DNA of 64,000 nucleotides from Thermodesulfobacteriota bacterium (GCA_963675595.2 CAXXLZ010000001.1:1120001-1184000), one strand, 5' to 3'. Counted from the first letter of the stretch, positions 9,373-19,481 are shown. Translations and numbers: made by a program. Notes: a model not told the origin generated them from the letters alone.

Positions 9373-10161
9373 TCAGGGTACGTACCCGTATTGGGAGAAG
9401 TGGCTGGCGCCCCCGATCTGCCCCGAAATTTCCGCGCTCGCCTCGGCCATGAGAAACAAGGCCAAAGCGGCGGATTTCTCCGGAGGGTTCAGTTCGCCTC
9501 GATCCTTGTAGCCTTCGAAGATTTCCAGGTTTTCTTCCCCTAAACGGGATACGTCCGTTGTTCGTATGGACGTCTGCATGTCGGTGTCCATCACTCCGGG
9601 GTCCAGACCGTAAACTCGAATGGCGTAGGGGGCCAGTTCCTGGGCGAGGTACAGGGTCAGGGTGTTCAAACCGCCCTTGGCCGTGCTGTAAACGGAAAAT
9701 CGGGGCAGCACGAAACGGGCGAGCCCTGAAGTGACGTTGATGATGCAGCCGCCGGCGCCGTCCATCATGGAGGAAAGGCTTTCACGGGCGCAGAAGTACG
9801 CTCCGTTGAGATCGACGTTGATGGTGTTCCGCCATTCCTCGGGATCCAGGTCCGACACGATGCCGATGGGCTGTACCGTGGCCGCGTTATTCACCAAGCC
9901 GTCGATTCGTCCCCATTCGGAATGAATGCGTTGGAAGGCGCTCCGCACGGCCGGGTAGTCGCTTACGTCGATAGGGAGAAGCAGGGGCGGGACGCCCGTG
10001 ACGTCTTGGACTTCCTTCTCGACGGAGGCCAGTTTTTCAGCGTCGCGCGCCAACAGCGCCAGACGGGCTCCCTCCCGGGCGAACGTAAGTGCCATGGCTC
10101 TACCGAATCCTCGGCTTCCGCCTGTAATCACGATACGTTTTCCCTCAAGCCTGCGCTGCAT
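9373..10161 (-). CDS. SDR family NAD(P)-dependent oxidoreductase
   Basis: TGGSRGFG, NNAA, YSTAK catalytic motif. Confidence 0.92.
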   Translation of the reverse strand: MQRRLEGKRIVITGGSRGFGRAMALTFAREGARLALLARDAEKLASVEKEVQDVTGVPPLLLPIDVSDYPAVRSAFQRIHSEWGRIDGLVNNAATVQPIGIVSDLDPEEWRNTINVDLNGAYFCARESLSSMMDGAGGCIINVTSGLARFVLPRFSVYSTAKGGLNTLTLYLAQELAPYAIRVYGLDPGVMDTDMQTSIRTTDVSRLGEENLEIFEGYKDRGELNPPEKSAALALFLMAEASAEISGQIGGASHFSQYGYVP

Positions 10162-10269
10162 GAAGCCTCCGACGGAGTCCGGGGCGTTTGCGCAATATTC
10201 CCGAGCACCTAAATCATCTTACCCCAATTCGGGGCTCACGGCAACGCGTAACTCACGGCAGGCCGGTCC

Positions 10270-10689
10270 ATGGCTTCCTATGTACTGTACCTGGAACTCG
10301 CCGTTCCCCGCACTCTGCGCGTGGGGGCCCTGGGCGACGTTGTCTTCGAGAAGGGCGGGTATCTCTACGTCGGCTCCGCCAAACGCAACCGGGACGCCCG
10401 AATCCGACGCCACCTCGCTCGCACCAAGAAGGTTCGTTGGCATGTGGATTATCTGACGGTTCTTGGCGACGTGGCCATCGAGCAGGTTTGGATTGCCGAC
10501 GGAGTGGAGGAATGCGCCGCCGTTCAGGCGTTATTGAGCGTCGACGGCGTCTCTCCCGCGGTTCGGGGCTTCGGGTCCGGGGACTGCCGTCGCTGTCCCG
10601 CGCACTTGTTGCGGGTTTCCTGCGGCGGAGCATTGCCGTGCCGAGTGCTCGACCGGCTGGGGTATGTAGCGTGGAAAGATAAGCATTGA
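10270..10689 (+). CDS. GIY-YIG nuclease family protein (DUF123-like)
   Basis: SYVL...YLYVGSA, RIRRH, WHVDYL, EC, GFGSGDCxxCxAHL. Confidence 0.8.
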   Translation: MASYVLYLELAVPRTLRVGALGDVVFEKGGYLYVGSAKRNRDARIRRHLARTKKVRWHVDYLTVLGDVAIEQVWIADGVEECAAVQALLSVDGVSPAVRGFGSGDCRRCPAHLLRVSCGGALPCRVLDRLGYVAWKDKH

Positions 10690-10690
10690 C

Positions 10691-10732
10691 GGGGGAGGAC
10701 TTTCGGGAAAGTCCTCCCCCGAACCCCCAAAG
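10691..10732 (+). repeat. REP-like palindrome
   Basis: GGGGGAGGACTTTC-GG-GAAAGTCCTCCCCC perfect 14-bp inverted repeat followed by GAACCCCCAAAG. Confidence 0.6.
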
Positions 10733-11011
10733 CACGTTGGACGGGCCTCACCACCTTCGGCGGAGAGGCTGAGGAAGAATCGGGATTCCTCACTTATTCC
10801 CAACGGTCCCTGCAGTTGCTGGATCGGCAAAGAGGCTCCCGGGTTCGGCTTCGTCCCGAAAGGGATGGAGCCCTCATACAAGGGGGGCCGGGGCGATGTC
10901 GTTCTCCCGGGGAACCAATCGAGAAGCTCCTCCCCTGAATGATTACGCGGCGGGATCCCGATGCGGGAGAATGCCCCACGGTTTACAGAGGTAGGCGTTT
11001 TTCACGGAGTT

Positions 11012-12139
11012 TCAGTTCGTGGGTTCCCCTTCACTCGGCCCTTCGTTTGAAGGGGCTTCTTCGTCGGAGGTCCCTCCTGCGGTCTTGCGTAGGACGGGCA
11101 ACGCCAGGTCGATGAGACTCTTGATGAGCGATACGATGGGAATGGCGAAAAGAACGCCCCAGAATCCCCATAGGGCGCCGCAAGCCAGGATGGCGAACAC
11201 GATGGCGGCCGGATGCACGCGAACCGAGCTTCCCAGGATCACGGGGGCCAGGATGTTCCCGTCGATGATCTGGAGGACTCCGTAGGCGATGCCCATCTTG
11301 AGCAGCTCGACGCCCCATCCCCACTGTACGTAGGCCAGGGCGAGCACGGGAATGGTGACGACCGCCACGCCGATGTAGGGAACGATGGTCGATAATCCCG
11401 TGAGTATGCCCAGCAGGACCGCGTACTGGGAACCCAGAAACCAGAACACCGCCCACGTGGCCACCGTCATGATGATGATTTCCAGTGATTTGCCCCGGAG
11501 CAGGTTGCCGATTTGACGGTCCACATCCACCAGGACGCTGAACAGGAGTTCACTGGAATTGGGTACGAACTGCCGCAGCCATTTCAGGATTTCCTTCTTG
11601 TCTTTAAGCAGGAAGAAAACCAGGAACGGGACCAAAACGAGGTAAATGGTGAGGCCCAAAATGTCGGGGATGTACATCAACGTCTTGCCGGCCAAGGAAC
11701 CCACGAAGGCCTCGAGCCTCTCCGCCAGCCTGGGGATGACCTTCTGCAGATACTGGGTTTCGGCTCCGGAGAAGTAGCGTTGCTGCAGAGAAGCGATGAG
11801 ATGCTGTGACTCGGTGACCATGGTGGGCACCTCCGACAGCAGCTGAGTGAGCTGTTTGGTGATCAACGGCATCAGCAGGATGAAGATGCCCAGGACGGAC
11901 AGGAAGAAGAGGCTGAAGACCAACGTGGCCCCCACGATACGGGGAATGCGCCTTCGCTCGAGCAGTCTTACCAGCCCGTCCAGGAGGTACGCGATAATCA
12001 CGGAAGCGAAAAAAGGAGCCAGCGCCTTTCCAAGGTAGGCGATCACCAGAACAAGGAAGGTGAGTACGGCGAACAGTATGATGAACTGCTTGTGGGGCAA
12101 CCATGCCCAACGTGGGCGAGGCTTTGCGTTATTTTCCAT
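11012..12139 (-). CDS. AI-2E family transporter (PerM-like)
   Basis: Multi-TM; IIAYLLD, FFLLKD, VPYIG, QIIDGNILAP, VHP motifs. Confidence 0.9.
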   Translation of the reverse strand: MENNAKPRPRWAWLPHKQFIILFAVLTFLVLVIAYLGKALAPFFASVIIAYLLDGLVRLLERRRIPRIVGATLVFSLFFLSVLGIFILLMPLITKQLTQLLSEVPTMVTESQHLIASLQQRYFSGAETQYLQKVIPRLAERLEAFVGSLAGKTLMYIPDILGLTIYLVLVPFLVFFLLKDKKEILKWLRQFVPNSSELLFSVLVDVDRQIGNLLRGKSLEIIIMTVATWAVFWFLGSQYAVLLGILTGLSTIVPYIGVAVVTIPVLALAYVQWGWGVELLKMGIAYGVLQIIDGNILAPVILGSSVRVHPAAIVFAILACGALWGFWGVLFAIPIVSLIKSLIDLALPVLRKTAGGTSDEEAPSNEGPSEGEPTN

Positions 12140-12433
12140 TGATGCTCCAAGGACGCGATGGAACCGGACGAACCTATCGAGCGTTTACATGAAGCTTTGG
12201 TTCATTTCAAGATCATCTCGCGGCGGTTCCTTAATCGGATCCCCCCGAGGTTGCCGCTCGTGAGCCGAGAAGGGAGACACTCCGGGGAGGTCCGGGGATG
12301 AAGTGTCGAGGAGTCCTTCATCGTATAGTGAACATGGAGTCCTTCGGCCGGGCTCAAGATCGTCGAGCAAGACGTCTCCCCGGAGGGCGAAAAGAGCCTT
12401 CTCAGGGGTCCGTGGGCGGAACCGGCCGAGATG

Positions 12434-13000
12434 TTACTTTTTCTCCCACCAATGATCATGGCCTCGAAACCACCAGTCCTTGTGGTCTCGTTCGAGAATT
12501 CTTTGGGCCAGTTCCTTGCCGTGGGTTGTCTGAAGGCGTTTCAGCAGATTGGGAATCCAGTCTTGAGCGTAGCGGTTTCCCATGTCGAGTTCCATCTTCA
12601 AAGTCAAAAGCAGGTCCAGTTGATCGGCATCGTGTGCCAGTCGGGCTTCGAGGGACTCTCCACGCTCGTATTCCTCGATGAATTCCTTGATCTCCTCACC
12701 GAAAGGAAGGTCCCGGACCATATCGTCGGTTGCTTTATTGCTTAGAGCGGTGACGTATTGCTTGTATACGTAGTTCAGGTCTCCCGTACGAGCCTCGGGC
12801 AAGTCGTGGAAGAGGGCAAGCATGAGAAGTTTCTGCGTATCTGCTTCAGGCTCCAGCCTTCCCAAAACGAAAGCAATGACAGTGGCTCTGAACGAGTGCT
12901 CGGAGACAGATTCATTCCCGCTTCCGAGAAAGCGATAACCGGACCTCGGAGTTTTATGCAGGAAACCGACTTCGAAAAGGAAATCAGCGATAGAGAACAT
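12434..13000 (-). CDS. HD domain hydrolase (YfbR/HD_3-like)
   Basis: TPRSG, ESVSEHS, FHDLPEARTGD, HDADQLD. Confidence 0.9.
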   Translation of the reverse strand: MFSIADFLFEVGFLHKTPRSGYRFLGSGNESVSEHSFRATVIAFVLGRLEPEADTQKLLMLALFHDLPEARTGDLNYVYKQYVTALSNKATDDMVRDLPFGEEIKEFIEEYERGESLEARLAHDADQLDLLLTLKMELDMGNRYAQDWIPNLLKRLQTTHGKELAQRILERDHKDWWFRGHDHWWEKK

Positions 13001-13044
13001 GGTTGGTCCTTGAAAAGCAGTTGGTTGACGTGAAGCGAAAAATA

Positions 13045-13125
13045 CTTGTAGCAGGCGGAGTAATGTAAGTCAAAGGGAGTGACACAAAAAAACAATTTGA
13101 CATGAAAATAGGGACCTGTTACGTT
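13045..13125. promoter_or_regulatory. Divergent sigma70-like promoters (HD gene; cobB)
   Basis: Minus: TTGACT-N17-TACAAG (13073-13045); plus: TTGACA (13097-13102)-N17-TACGTT (13120-13125). Confidence 0.45.
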
Positions 13126-13418
13126 GAATTTCGTAGTGTCCTATACTGATTAACGGCAACCGAGTTGTAGTATGGGATTTAAGGCTTAAAAAGGTCCCTG
13201 AATCAGTGAACTAATTTCGCTGTGAGCTGTTTGCACAGTTCTGAGCGCATTTTTTCGGATGATTGCCCCGGTCTGATGGGCGCTCAAGAACGTATTGATG
13301 CCGTCATCATGCCTTCAGCTGCCGATTGTGGCCAAACGAGCAGTTTTTCAGCGGGTCAGGACATGGCTATCCTTTCAAGCCCCAGTTTCGGCCACGGAAC
13401 GGGTCATCAGGACCCGGA

Positions 13419-14744
13419 TTATCCGGGAGACAGCCGCGAATGCACATCCACAAACGCCTCATAGGCAGGACAATGGCGACCCAGGCGCAGGATCAGCCGA
13501 CGTCCCGTCCTGATGAATCGACCCGCAATCGTCATGAGCTCCTGAATGACGGTGCGGATGCGGCGGCGTTTGGCCGGATGCCGCACCGGAGAACGGTCGC
13601 CGAGCAGTCCAAACTGACCGATAATACGCAGGATATTGTAGACCATGCCTGCGCACGTCAACACCAGGGCGTTGGTGGCGAACTTGCCCGACGGCAGCCG
13701 TTCCATATCCAGATCGGTCTTGATTTCGCTGTGAAACTGCTCGCTCGTCCCATGCTTCTCGTACAACCGGATGATCCGTTCCTCGGGCAGAACCAGGTTG
13801 GTCCACCATCCTTCCAACGTAACCTCCGGCAGCAACAGCCGTTGCCCGTGCCGATCCACGGTGCGCTCCGTCACCCGCATCACCCGCATGAATCGCATCT
13901 TCTTCCCTTGGACCTCATACGTCTCATGCACCGTCATCACGGCCACCTTCTTGCCCGGTCGCGGCACACTCACTTTGCCTTCGGCGAAGATTCGGTCCCG
14001 CCAAGCCAGAGGGTCCTCTTTCCGGGGATTCCACTTGACCACGAAGAAGACCTTCCTGTGTTGACGGAGCGCCGCCAAGGTCTCCAACGCGCAGTGGGCG
14101 GCATCGAGGCGCACCAAAAGGCTTTTTCCCGTCAACTCCCGCGCCCGTCGAATCACCCGAGCCAAGAAGGGAAGAAATCCTTTCTGACTATGTTGGCTGC
14201 CTTCACGAAGCTCAAGACCGATGCACCAACCTTCTTCGCCAAGGTACGCCGCTATGGGCGCATACCCGTCATAGCCCTGGTAGGTTCGGGAAACCCCTTC
14301 TTTCTTGGTCTCCGAGTTGTCCATGGGAAACACGTCGATATCGAGAGGAACATGTCCCATAGATCCGGCGGTAACCGGCGCCTTCACCGCTTTGAGCATC
14401 TCGATGGAACTCCCGTTGACGAGTTCCTTAAGCACCGCAGCGTTCTTGTCCAAACGCTGCCGCAAGGTCTCTTTGGACGGCACCTTCCGGATATCCAACG
14501 CCGTTTTGAACCAATCATTGCTCCGCATCCCGGCCACCGCCTCGAAATCGCTTTTGCCGATGCAAAGCAATCCCAGGTAGCTCTTCAACACATCCGAATG
14601 AGACACGCTCGGCATGCCGGGTACGGCCAAATCCGCCTTCCGACACAACTCCGTGTGGTGGTTGATCAAGAGTCCAGCCAGGGACAGTCCGGAATGCGCC
14701 GTATAGAACTCGGTCTCCGACCTTTCGATGGTAATCTTCCGCAT
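13419..14744 (-). CDS. IS1380 family DDE transposase
   Basis: TAHSGL, LDIDV, RTYQGYDGYAP, LVRLDA, YEKHGTSEQFHSEIKTD, PSGKFATN; uninterrupted. Confidence 0.92.
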   Translation of the reverse strand: MRKITIERSETEFYTAHSGLSLAGLLINHHTELCRKADLAVPGMPSVSHSDVLKSYLGLLCIGKSDFEAVAGMRSNDWFKTALDIRKVPSKETLRQRLDKNAAVLKELVNGSSIEMLKAVKAPVTAGSMGHVPLDIDVFPMDNSETKKEGVSRTYQGYDGYAPIAAYLGEEGWCIGLELREGSQHSQKGFLPFLARVIRRARELTGKSLLVRLDAAHCALETLAALRQHRKVFFVVKWNPRKEDPLAWRDRIFAEGKVSVPRPGKKVAVMTVHETYEVQGKKMRFMRVMRVTERTVDRHGQRLLLPEVTLEGWWTNLVLPEERIIRLYEKHGTSEQFHSEIKTDLDMERLPSGKFATNALVLTCAGMVYNILRIIGQFGLLGDRSPVRHPAKRRRIRTVIQELMTIAGRFIRTGRRLILRLGRHCPAYEAFVDVHSRLSPG

Positions 14745-14803
14745 AGCCTTCACCTGTTGAGTGAATCGATAACAGGCAACACTATTACAGAAATAACTCA
14801 ACC

Positions 14804-14816
14804 TATCAACTAGTTA
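14804..14816 (+). promoter_or_regulatory. IHF-like binding site near IS end
   Basis: TATCAACTAGTTA matches WATCAANNNNTTR. Confidence 0.4.
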
Positions 14817-14906
14817 CGCGATAAGTTCCAGAAATCGCATAGTCGTCGCTTCACGGATTCAGGAGGTCCGCAAAGGATTCATTCAACGGCCTCAAGAACG
14901 ACCGGT

Positions 14907-15656
14907 ATGACGACTAGGGAACGGATTCGGCGATTATGCGACATGATTGCCTCCGCGCGCGGCATCGCGGCGCTCACCGGTGCGGGCGTTTCCGTGGAGA
15001 GCGGGATTCCGGATTTTCGGGGTGCGCGAGGATTGTGGCGTAAGTACGACCCCATGGAGTATGCTCACATCGATGCTTTGCTGTCGGACCCGGACAAGGT
15101 CTGGAAGATGCTCGTTGAGATGGACCGACTGATCTCTTCAGCCAAGCCCAATCCGGCCCACTATGCCCTGTCGAGACTTGAGTCTTTGGTATCCTTCCAA
15201 GCCGTGATCACTCAGAACGTGGACAACCTGCATCAGGAAGCCGGCAGTAAGCGGGTGATCGAGTTTCACGGCAACAGCGCGCGCATGCGGTGCATGGGGT
15301 GCGAGGGCGTGTTCTCGAGGGAACGGGTGAAGCTGCTCCGGATTCCCCCCATGTGTGAGTGCGGAGGGCTGATTCGTCCGGACGTGGTGTTTTTCGGGGA
15401 GCCGATCCCCATGCAGGCTTACGTCGAGGCTTGCGCCGAAGCAGAGAGTTGCGATGTCATGCTGGTGATCGGGACGTCCGCCACCGTGGCGCCTGCGAGT
15501 GAAATTCCCCGGCTGGCCAAACGGAGCGGGGCCAAAGTGGTGGAAATCAATCCCGAGGCGACTCATTTGACTTCCGAGATATCGGACCTTTCGATCCATG
15601 ATTCCGCGAGTGTGGTCCTACCTGCGGTGGTGGAAGCCCTTGAGGGCGTGAGGTAG
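14907..15656 (+). CDS. cobB: NAD-dependent protein deacylase (sirtuin)
   Basis: TGAGVSVESGIPDFRG, TQNVDNLH, HG, Zn cysteines, RPDVVFFGE, GTS. Confidence 0.93.
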   Translation: MTTRERIRRLCDMIASARGIAALTGAGVSVESGIPDFRGARGLWRKYDPMEYAHIDALLSDPDKVWKMLVEMDRLISSAKPNPAHYALSRLESLVSFQAVITQNVDNLHQEAGSKRVIEFHGNSARMRCMGCEGVFSRERVKLLRIPPMCECGGLIRPDVVFFGEPIPMQAYVEACAEAESCDVMLVIGTSATVAPASEIPRLAKRSGAKVVEINPEATHLTSEISDLSIHDSASVVLPAVVEALEGVR

Positions 15657-15663
15657 TTCATCG

Positions 15664-15692
15664 TTGACTTCGTCACGGACGGTGAGTATTTT
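15664..15692 (+). promoter_or_regulatory. sigma70-like promoter of tol-pal operon
   Basis: TTGACT-N17-TATTTT. Confidence 0.4.
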
Positions 15693-15801
15693 GCCGACGG
15701 GTCGATTTCTTCTCTAAACCTAAGTCCTTCATGACGGTTCGATATTACCAACCGTTAACCGAATCAGGGTCCATTGCCTGGTCCCGACGGGTTTACATCC
15801 A

Positions 15802-16575
15802 ATGCCGATTTTCAACTTGATTACTCCTCGTGTTCAAACGGGTCTTGACGTGGGGCTGGAGACGGACGTGGTGCAGATGGTTGTGCACGCGGGCCCCATG
15901 GTGAAGTTTATTCTTTTCATACTGCTTCTGTTTTCGGTGGTTAGCTGGGGCATCATTTTGTATAAGGCTAGAAGCATCCGTCGCGCGCAGATCGAGAATA
16001 AAATATTCTTGGAGTTGTTCTGGGCCGGCGGGAGTATGTCCAACATTTATAAAGAGAGCAGGCAGCTGGAACGAAGTCCGCTTGCCGCGTTGTATCGCTC
16101 GGGTTTCATGGAACTCAGCAAGGTGAAGAAAGATCAGAGCCGCACCTCTCCCGGGTTTGAAGGAGCCGGAGAGAGTCCCCGACCCGCGGATTCCATCGGA
16201 GTGGATAACACACGGCGAGCCCTCCACAGGGGTAAGCTCTCCCAGATGTCTCGGTTGGGCAAAGCCCTCAGTTTTCTCGCCACCACGGGCAACACCGCAC
16301 CTTTCATCGGGCTCTTCGGCACGGTGTGGGGCATTATGGCGTCTTTCCGGGGAATCGGGTTGAAAGGTTCCGCCAACTTGGCGGTTGTGGCACCGGGCAT
16401 TTCCGAGGCGCTCGTCGCCACGGCTGCGGGTCTGGCGGCCGCGATTCCGGCAGTGGTTTTTTTCAATCATTTCAACAGCAAACTCGGGTACATGGACGCG
16501 GAGATGGACAACTTCATCCTGGACTTCCTTAATATTCTTGAACGGGAGGCCGCGAGGAGGACTCCGGAGGTCTAG
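15802..16575 (+). CDS. tolQ: Tol-Pal system protein TolQ
   Basis: FLATTGNTAPFIGLFGTVWGIM, VAPGISEALVATAAGL; operon context; true start may be slightly downstream. Confidence 0.93.
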   Translation: MPIFNLITPRVQTGLDVGLETDVVQMVVHAGPMVKFILFILLLFSVVSWGIILYKARSIRRAQIENKIFLELFWAGGSMSNIYKESRQLERSPLAALYRSGFMELSKVKKDQSRTSPGFEGAGESPRPADSIGVDNTRRALHRGKLSQMSRLGKALSFLATTGNTAPFIGLFGTVWGIMASFRGIGLKGSANLAVVAPGISEALVATAAGLAAAIPAVVFFNHFNSKLGYMDAEMDNFILDFLNILEREAARRTPEV

Positions 16576-16607
16576 TCCCACGGACTCGAGGGAAGCGAAT
16601 TCAGGCA

Positions 16608-17018
16608 ATGGTTACGGGCGGCAACAAAAGATATATGAGCGAAATCAACGTGACGCCGTTGGTCGACGTCATGTTGGTTCTGCTGATCATTTTCATGGTT
16701 ACGGCTCCCATGATGAAGCACGGAATGGACGTGTCTCTGCCGCAGACATCGGCCCAGACCATTCCGAGCGAAGAAGAACGTTTGGTCATCACCGTAAACC
16801 GCGACGGCAAGATATTCATCGACGATTTCGAGACGGACCTGGACTCCTTGAAGCAAAAGCTTGAGTACATCTACCAAACCCAAGAACATCGTGAAGCGTT
16901 TCTGAGAGCGGATGAGACCATTCCTTACGGGTTTGTGGCGAGGGTCATGGCGGAGGTGAAAGCGGCCGGGATCACCAAGCTGGGCATGGTGACCGAACCC
17001 TTGTCCGATAAGAAATGA
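16608..17018 (+). CDS. tolR: TolR
   Basis: SEINVTPLVDVMLVLLIIFMVTAP. Confidence 0.93.
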   Translation: MVTGGNKRYMSEINVTPLVDVMLVLLIIFMVTAPMMKHGMDVSLPQTSAQTIPSEEERLVITVNRDGKIFIDDFETDLDSLKQKLEYIYQTQEHREAFLRADETIPYGFVARVMAEVKAAGITKLGMVTEPLSDKK

Positions 17019-18112
17019 GATATCGAGCCAACTCCTATCCGGACCCCGCCGGCGAAAAACTCCTGAACTGGATGATTCTCATCTCGTTCGGGCTGCACAT
17101 AGTGTTGTTTCTCGTATTGCTTCTGACTCCCGGTTTCAATTCCGGTTCCAGGACAATTGCCCCTGTTTACACCGTGGATTTGGTGAGCATTGCCGCGCTG
17201 AGCGGTGGGGGAGCTCCCGCTGTGAAGCCGGCGCCTCAGCCGAAAGAGATCAAGACCATCGTACCGTTGCGGCAGGCCGAGAAAATTCGGATTTCAGCCC
17301 CTCCGGAAACCGTGGACGCGAAAACGAAGGAGGAAGTGGTTGAGGAATTGCCGGTGTTGACTCCGGAACCGGTCGTGAAGGTCAAGATGGCGGCGGCCCC
17401 GAAAATTCCGTCCATCGATTCGGCACTCAAGAAGATCGAAAAGAAGAAGGTAGTCGAAAAGGCGAAGATCGAAGAGACACGCCAAGAGCAGCTTCGCCGT
17501 GCTCGGGAAGACGCGCTGAAGGCGGAGGAAGAGGCGCGCAGGCAGAGAGCCGAACAGGCGCGAATCGCGCAAGAGGAAGCGCAGCGGAAACGGGTGCGGG
17601 AGCAGGCGGCCCGAAGGGCTGCTGCGGCCCGTGCCGAGAAAGAGCGTCGGGAAAGGGCAAACCTTCAGCAGGCCTTGAGTAGTGTGGAAGCGTCGGTTCG
17701 AGAGACGCAAGAGGAATCTCTGAACCAGGCTCTTCAGGAGGTTGCCGAGGGCCATGCCGGGGGAGGGGTCGCCGGAGAGGACTTGGGCGGCGACGCCGGC
17801 GGCGCTCCCGTGGGGCTCCGCCTTCAAATCTACAAGACGAACATTTGGAACAAAGTCCGGAACAACTGGTCTTATCCCGAGATTTTTGGGCGTGGTAACA
17901 GCCCGGAGGCTTTGGTTCGATTGAGAGTGCGTAACGATGGATCCATTGTCCGGTTCGGCCTGGTCAAGAAGTCGGGAAATCCGGTATTCGATCAGTCGGT
18001 GCTTCGGGCGGTGCAGCTTTCCGATCCGCTGCCGCCCTTTCCGGAAGGCTATGTCAAATCATACGAAGAAATTGAGTTGAGATTCAGCCTGAGCGATCTT
18101 GCCACGGGCTGA
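17015..18112 (+). CDS. tolA: TolA
   Basis: N-terminal TM with SxxLH, helical E/A/R-rich linker, TonB_C-like C-terminus (SGNxxFD). Confidence 0.88.
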   Translation: MRYRANSYPDPAGEKLLNWMILISFGLHIVLFLVLLLTPGFNSGSRTIAPVYTVDLVSIAALSGGGAPAVKPAPQPKEIKTIVPLRQAEKIRISAPPETVDAKTKEEVVEELPVLTPEPVVKVKMAAAPKIPSIDSALKKIEKKKVVEKAKIEETRQEQLRRAREDALKAEEEARRQRAEQARIAQEEAQRKRVREQAARRAAAARAEKERRERANLQQALSSVEASVRETQEESLNQALQEVAEGHAGGGVAGEDLGGDAGGAPVGLRLQIYKTNIWNKVRNNWSYPEIFGRGNSPEALVRLRVRNDGSIVRFGLVKKSGNPVFDQSVLRAVQLSDPLPPFPEGYVKSYEEIELRFSLSDLATG

Positions 18113-18146
18113 CCTCCAAACCATTTGGAAGGAAGATTAGCAGGCC

Positions 18147-19481
18147 ATGATGATTTCAAGGCGAGTATTCTTTGCGGTTCTCGTGTTTGCATTGGGCATG
18201 AGCTGGTCGTCGATCTTTCCGACGCAACAGGCTTTCGGTGCGATTCGTATCGACATCAATTCTCCCGGTCTCACGAAGTACCCCATTGCGGTTCCCGAAT
18301 TCAAAACCGCCTCGAAATCCGTCGAGGAAAGCGATCTAGCCCGGTCGCTCCCCGAGGAATTGACACATGATTTGGACTACACGGGCTACTTCCGAGTGCT
18401 GAAGCCGGAAGCGTCGCTGCAGGATGTCTCTCTGACGGGAATCACCAAGAAGGACATTCAATTCAGGGCGTGGTCCATCATGGGGGCCGAAATGCTTGTC
18501 ACCGGGGGCATTCGGGTGATGGGACGGGAGCTGGAGTTGGAACTCAGGCTGTTCGACGTCATCCGTGGAGAACGCCTTCTGGGCAAGAAATACACGGGCG
18601 ACCTGAACACGGCCGAGTTGATGATTCACCGATTCGGGAATGAGATGATTTCGCTGCTCACGGGATTCAAGGGATACTTCGGGTCCAGGATCGCGTTTGT
18701 GAGGGGAACGGGGAGGACGAAGGAAATATACCAGATGAATTTCGACGGCAGAAAACCACGACCTTTGACCAACTACGGGTCTTTGTCTCTGACCCCCAGG
18801 TGGTCTCCTGACGGGAACTGGCTTGCTTTTATTTCGTATAAGGAGGGAACTCCTGAGATTTTTCTGCGTTCCATGTCTTCCGATTTGCTGAAACGCATCT
18901 CGCTCCGCAAGGGACTGAACATTTCTCCGGCATGGGCTCCGGACGGCCGCAGGCTCGCGGTGACCGTAACGGATAAGGGGCGCGAGAACATCTTTTTGGT
19001 GGATATGGACGGCAACGTGGAAGGCGCCGTGACCGATCGATGGGGGATCAATGTGTCGGCGACCTGGAGTCCGGACGGTGACGACATCGCTTTTGTATCC
19101 AATCGTGCAGGAAAACCTCAGATTTACGTGAAGAACCTCAAAAACAACGATACCCGGTTGCTGACTTTGGAAGGAAAACAGAATTTGGACCCGGCGTGGT
19201 CTCCCAGAGGGGATCGTATCGCTTTTGTGCGGAACGTGGACGGGGATTTCCACATCTTCACCATGAACCCTAAGGGAGAAGACGTTCAACGGCTCACGTA
19301 CAGCGGAGGTTTGAACCTTTCTCCCGCTTGGTCTCCGGATGGGACCATGATCGCTTTTTCTTCGGATCGTGATGGAGAACTGGCGATTTATGTGATGAAC
19401 GCCAACGGGGTGAACCAGAGGCGACTCACCTTCATGAAGGGCACCCAGGAAAGCCCTTCCTGGTCTTCCGTCGGCTTCTGA
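18147..19481 (+). CDS. tolB: TolB beta-propeller protein
   Basis: Signal peptide, PIAVPEF, multiple WSPDG repeats. Confidence 0.93.
   Translation: MMISRRVFFAVLVFALGMSWSSIFPTQQAFGAIRIDINSPGLTKYPIAVPEFKTASKSVEESDLARSLPEELTHDLDYTGYFRVLKPEASLQDVSLTGITKKDIQFRAWSIMGAEMLVTGGIRVMGRELELELRLFDVIRGERLLGKKYTGDLNTAELMIHRFGNEMISLLTGFKGYFGSRIAFVRGTGRTKEIYQMNFDGRKPRPLTNYGSLSLTPRWSPDGNWLAFISYKEGTPEIFLRSMSSDLLKRISLRKGLNISPAWAPDGRRLAVTVTDKGRENIFLVDMDGNVEGAVTDRWGINVSATWSPDGDDIAFVSNRAGKPQIYVKNLKNNDTRLLTLEGKQNLDPAWSPRGDRIAFVRNVDGDFHIFTMNPKGEDVQRLTYSGGLNLSPAWSPDGTMIAFSSDRDGELAIYVMNANGVNQRRLTFMKGTQESPSWSSVGF

Larger units (their letters stand above)
13197..14863 (-). mobile_element. IS1380 family insertion sequence, complete (1667 bp)
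   Basis: Terminal IRs CCTGAATCAGTGAA / CCTGAATCCGTGAA (13/14 match); 5-bp target duplication AGGTC at 13192-13196 and 14864-14868. Confidence 0.92.

Noticed and set aside
10700-10716. RNase P RNA (GGAAAGTCC)
   Set aside because: The match is part of a simple palindrome; other conserved RNase P regions were not found.
14907-15656. Sirtuin as a defence SIR2 (Thoeris/DSR) effector
   Set aside because: Canonical stand-alone CobB with Zn-binding cysteines in a housekeeping context.
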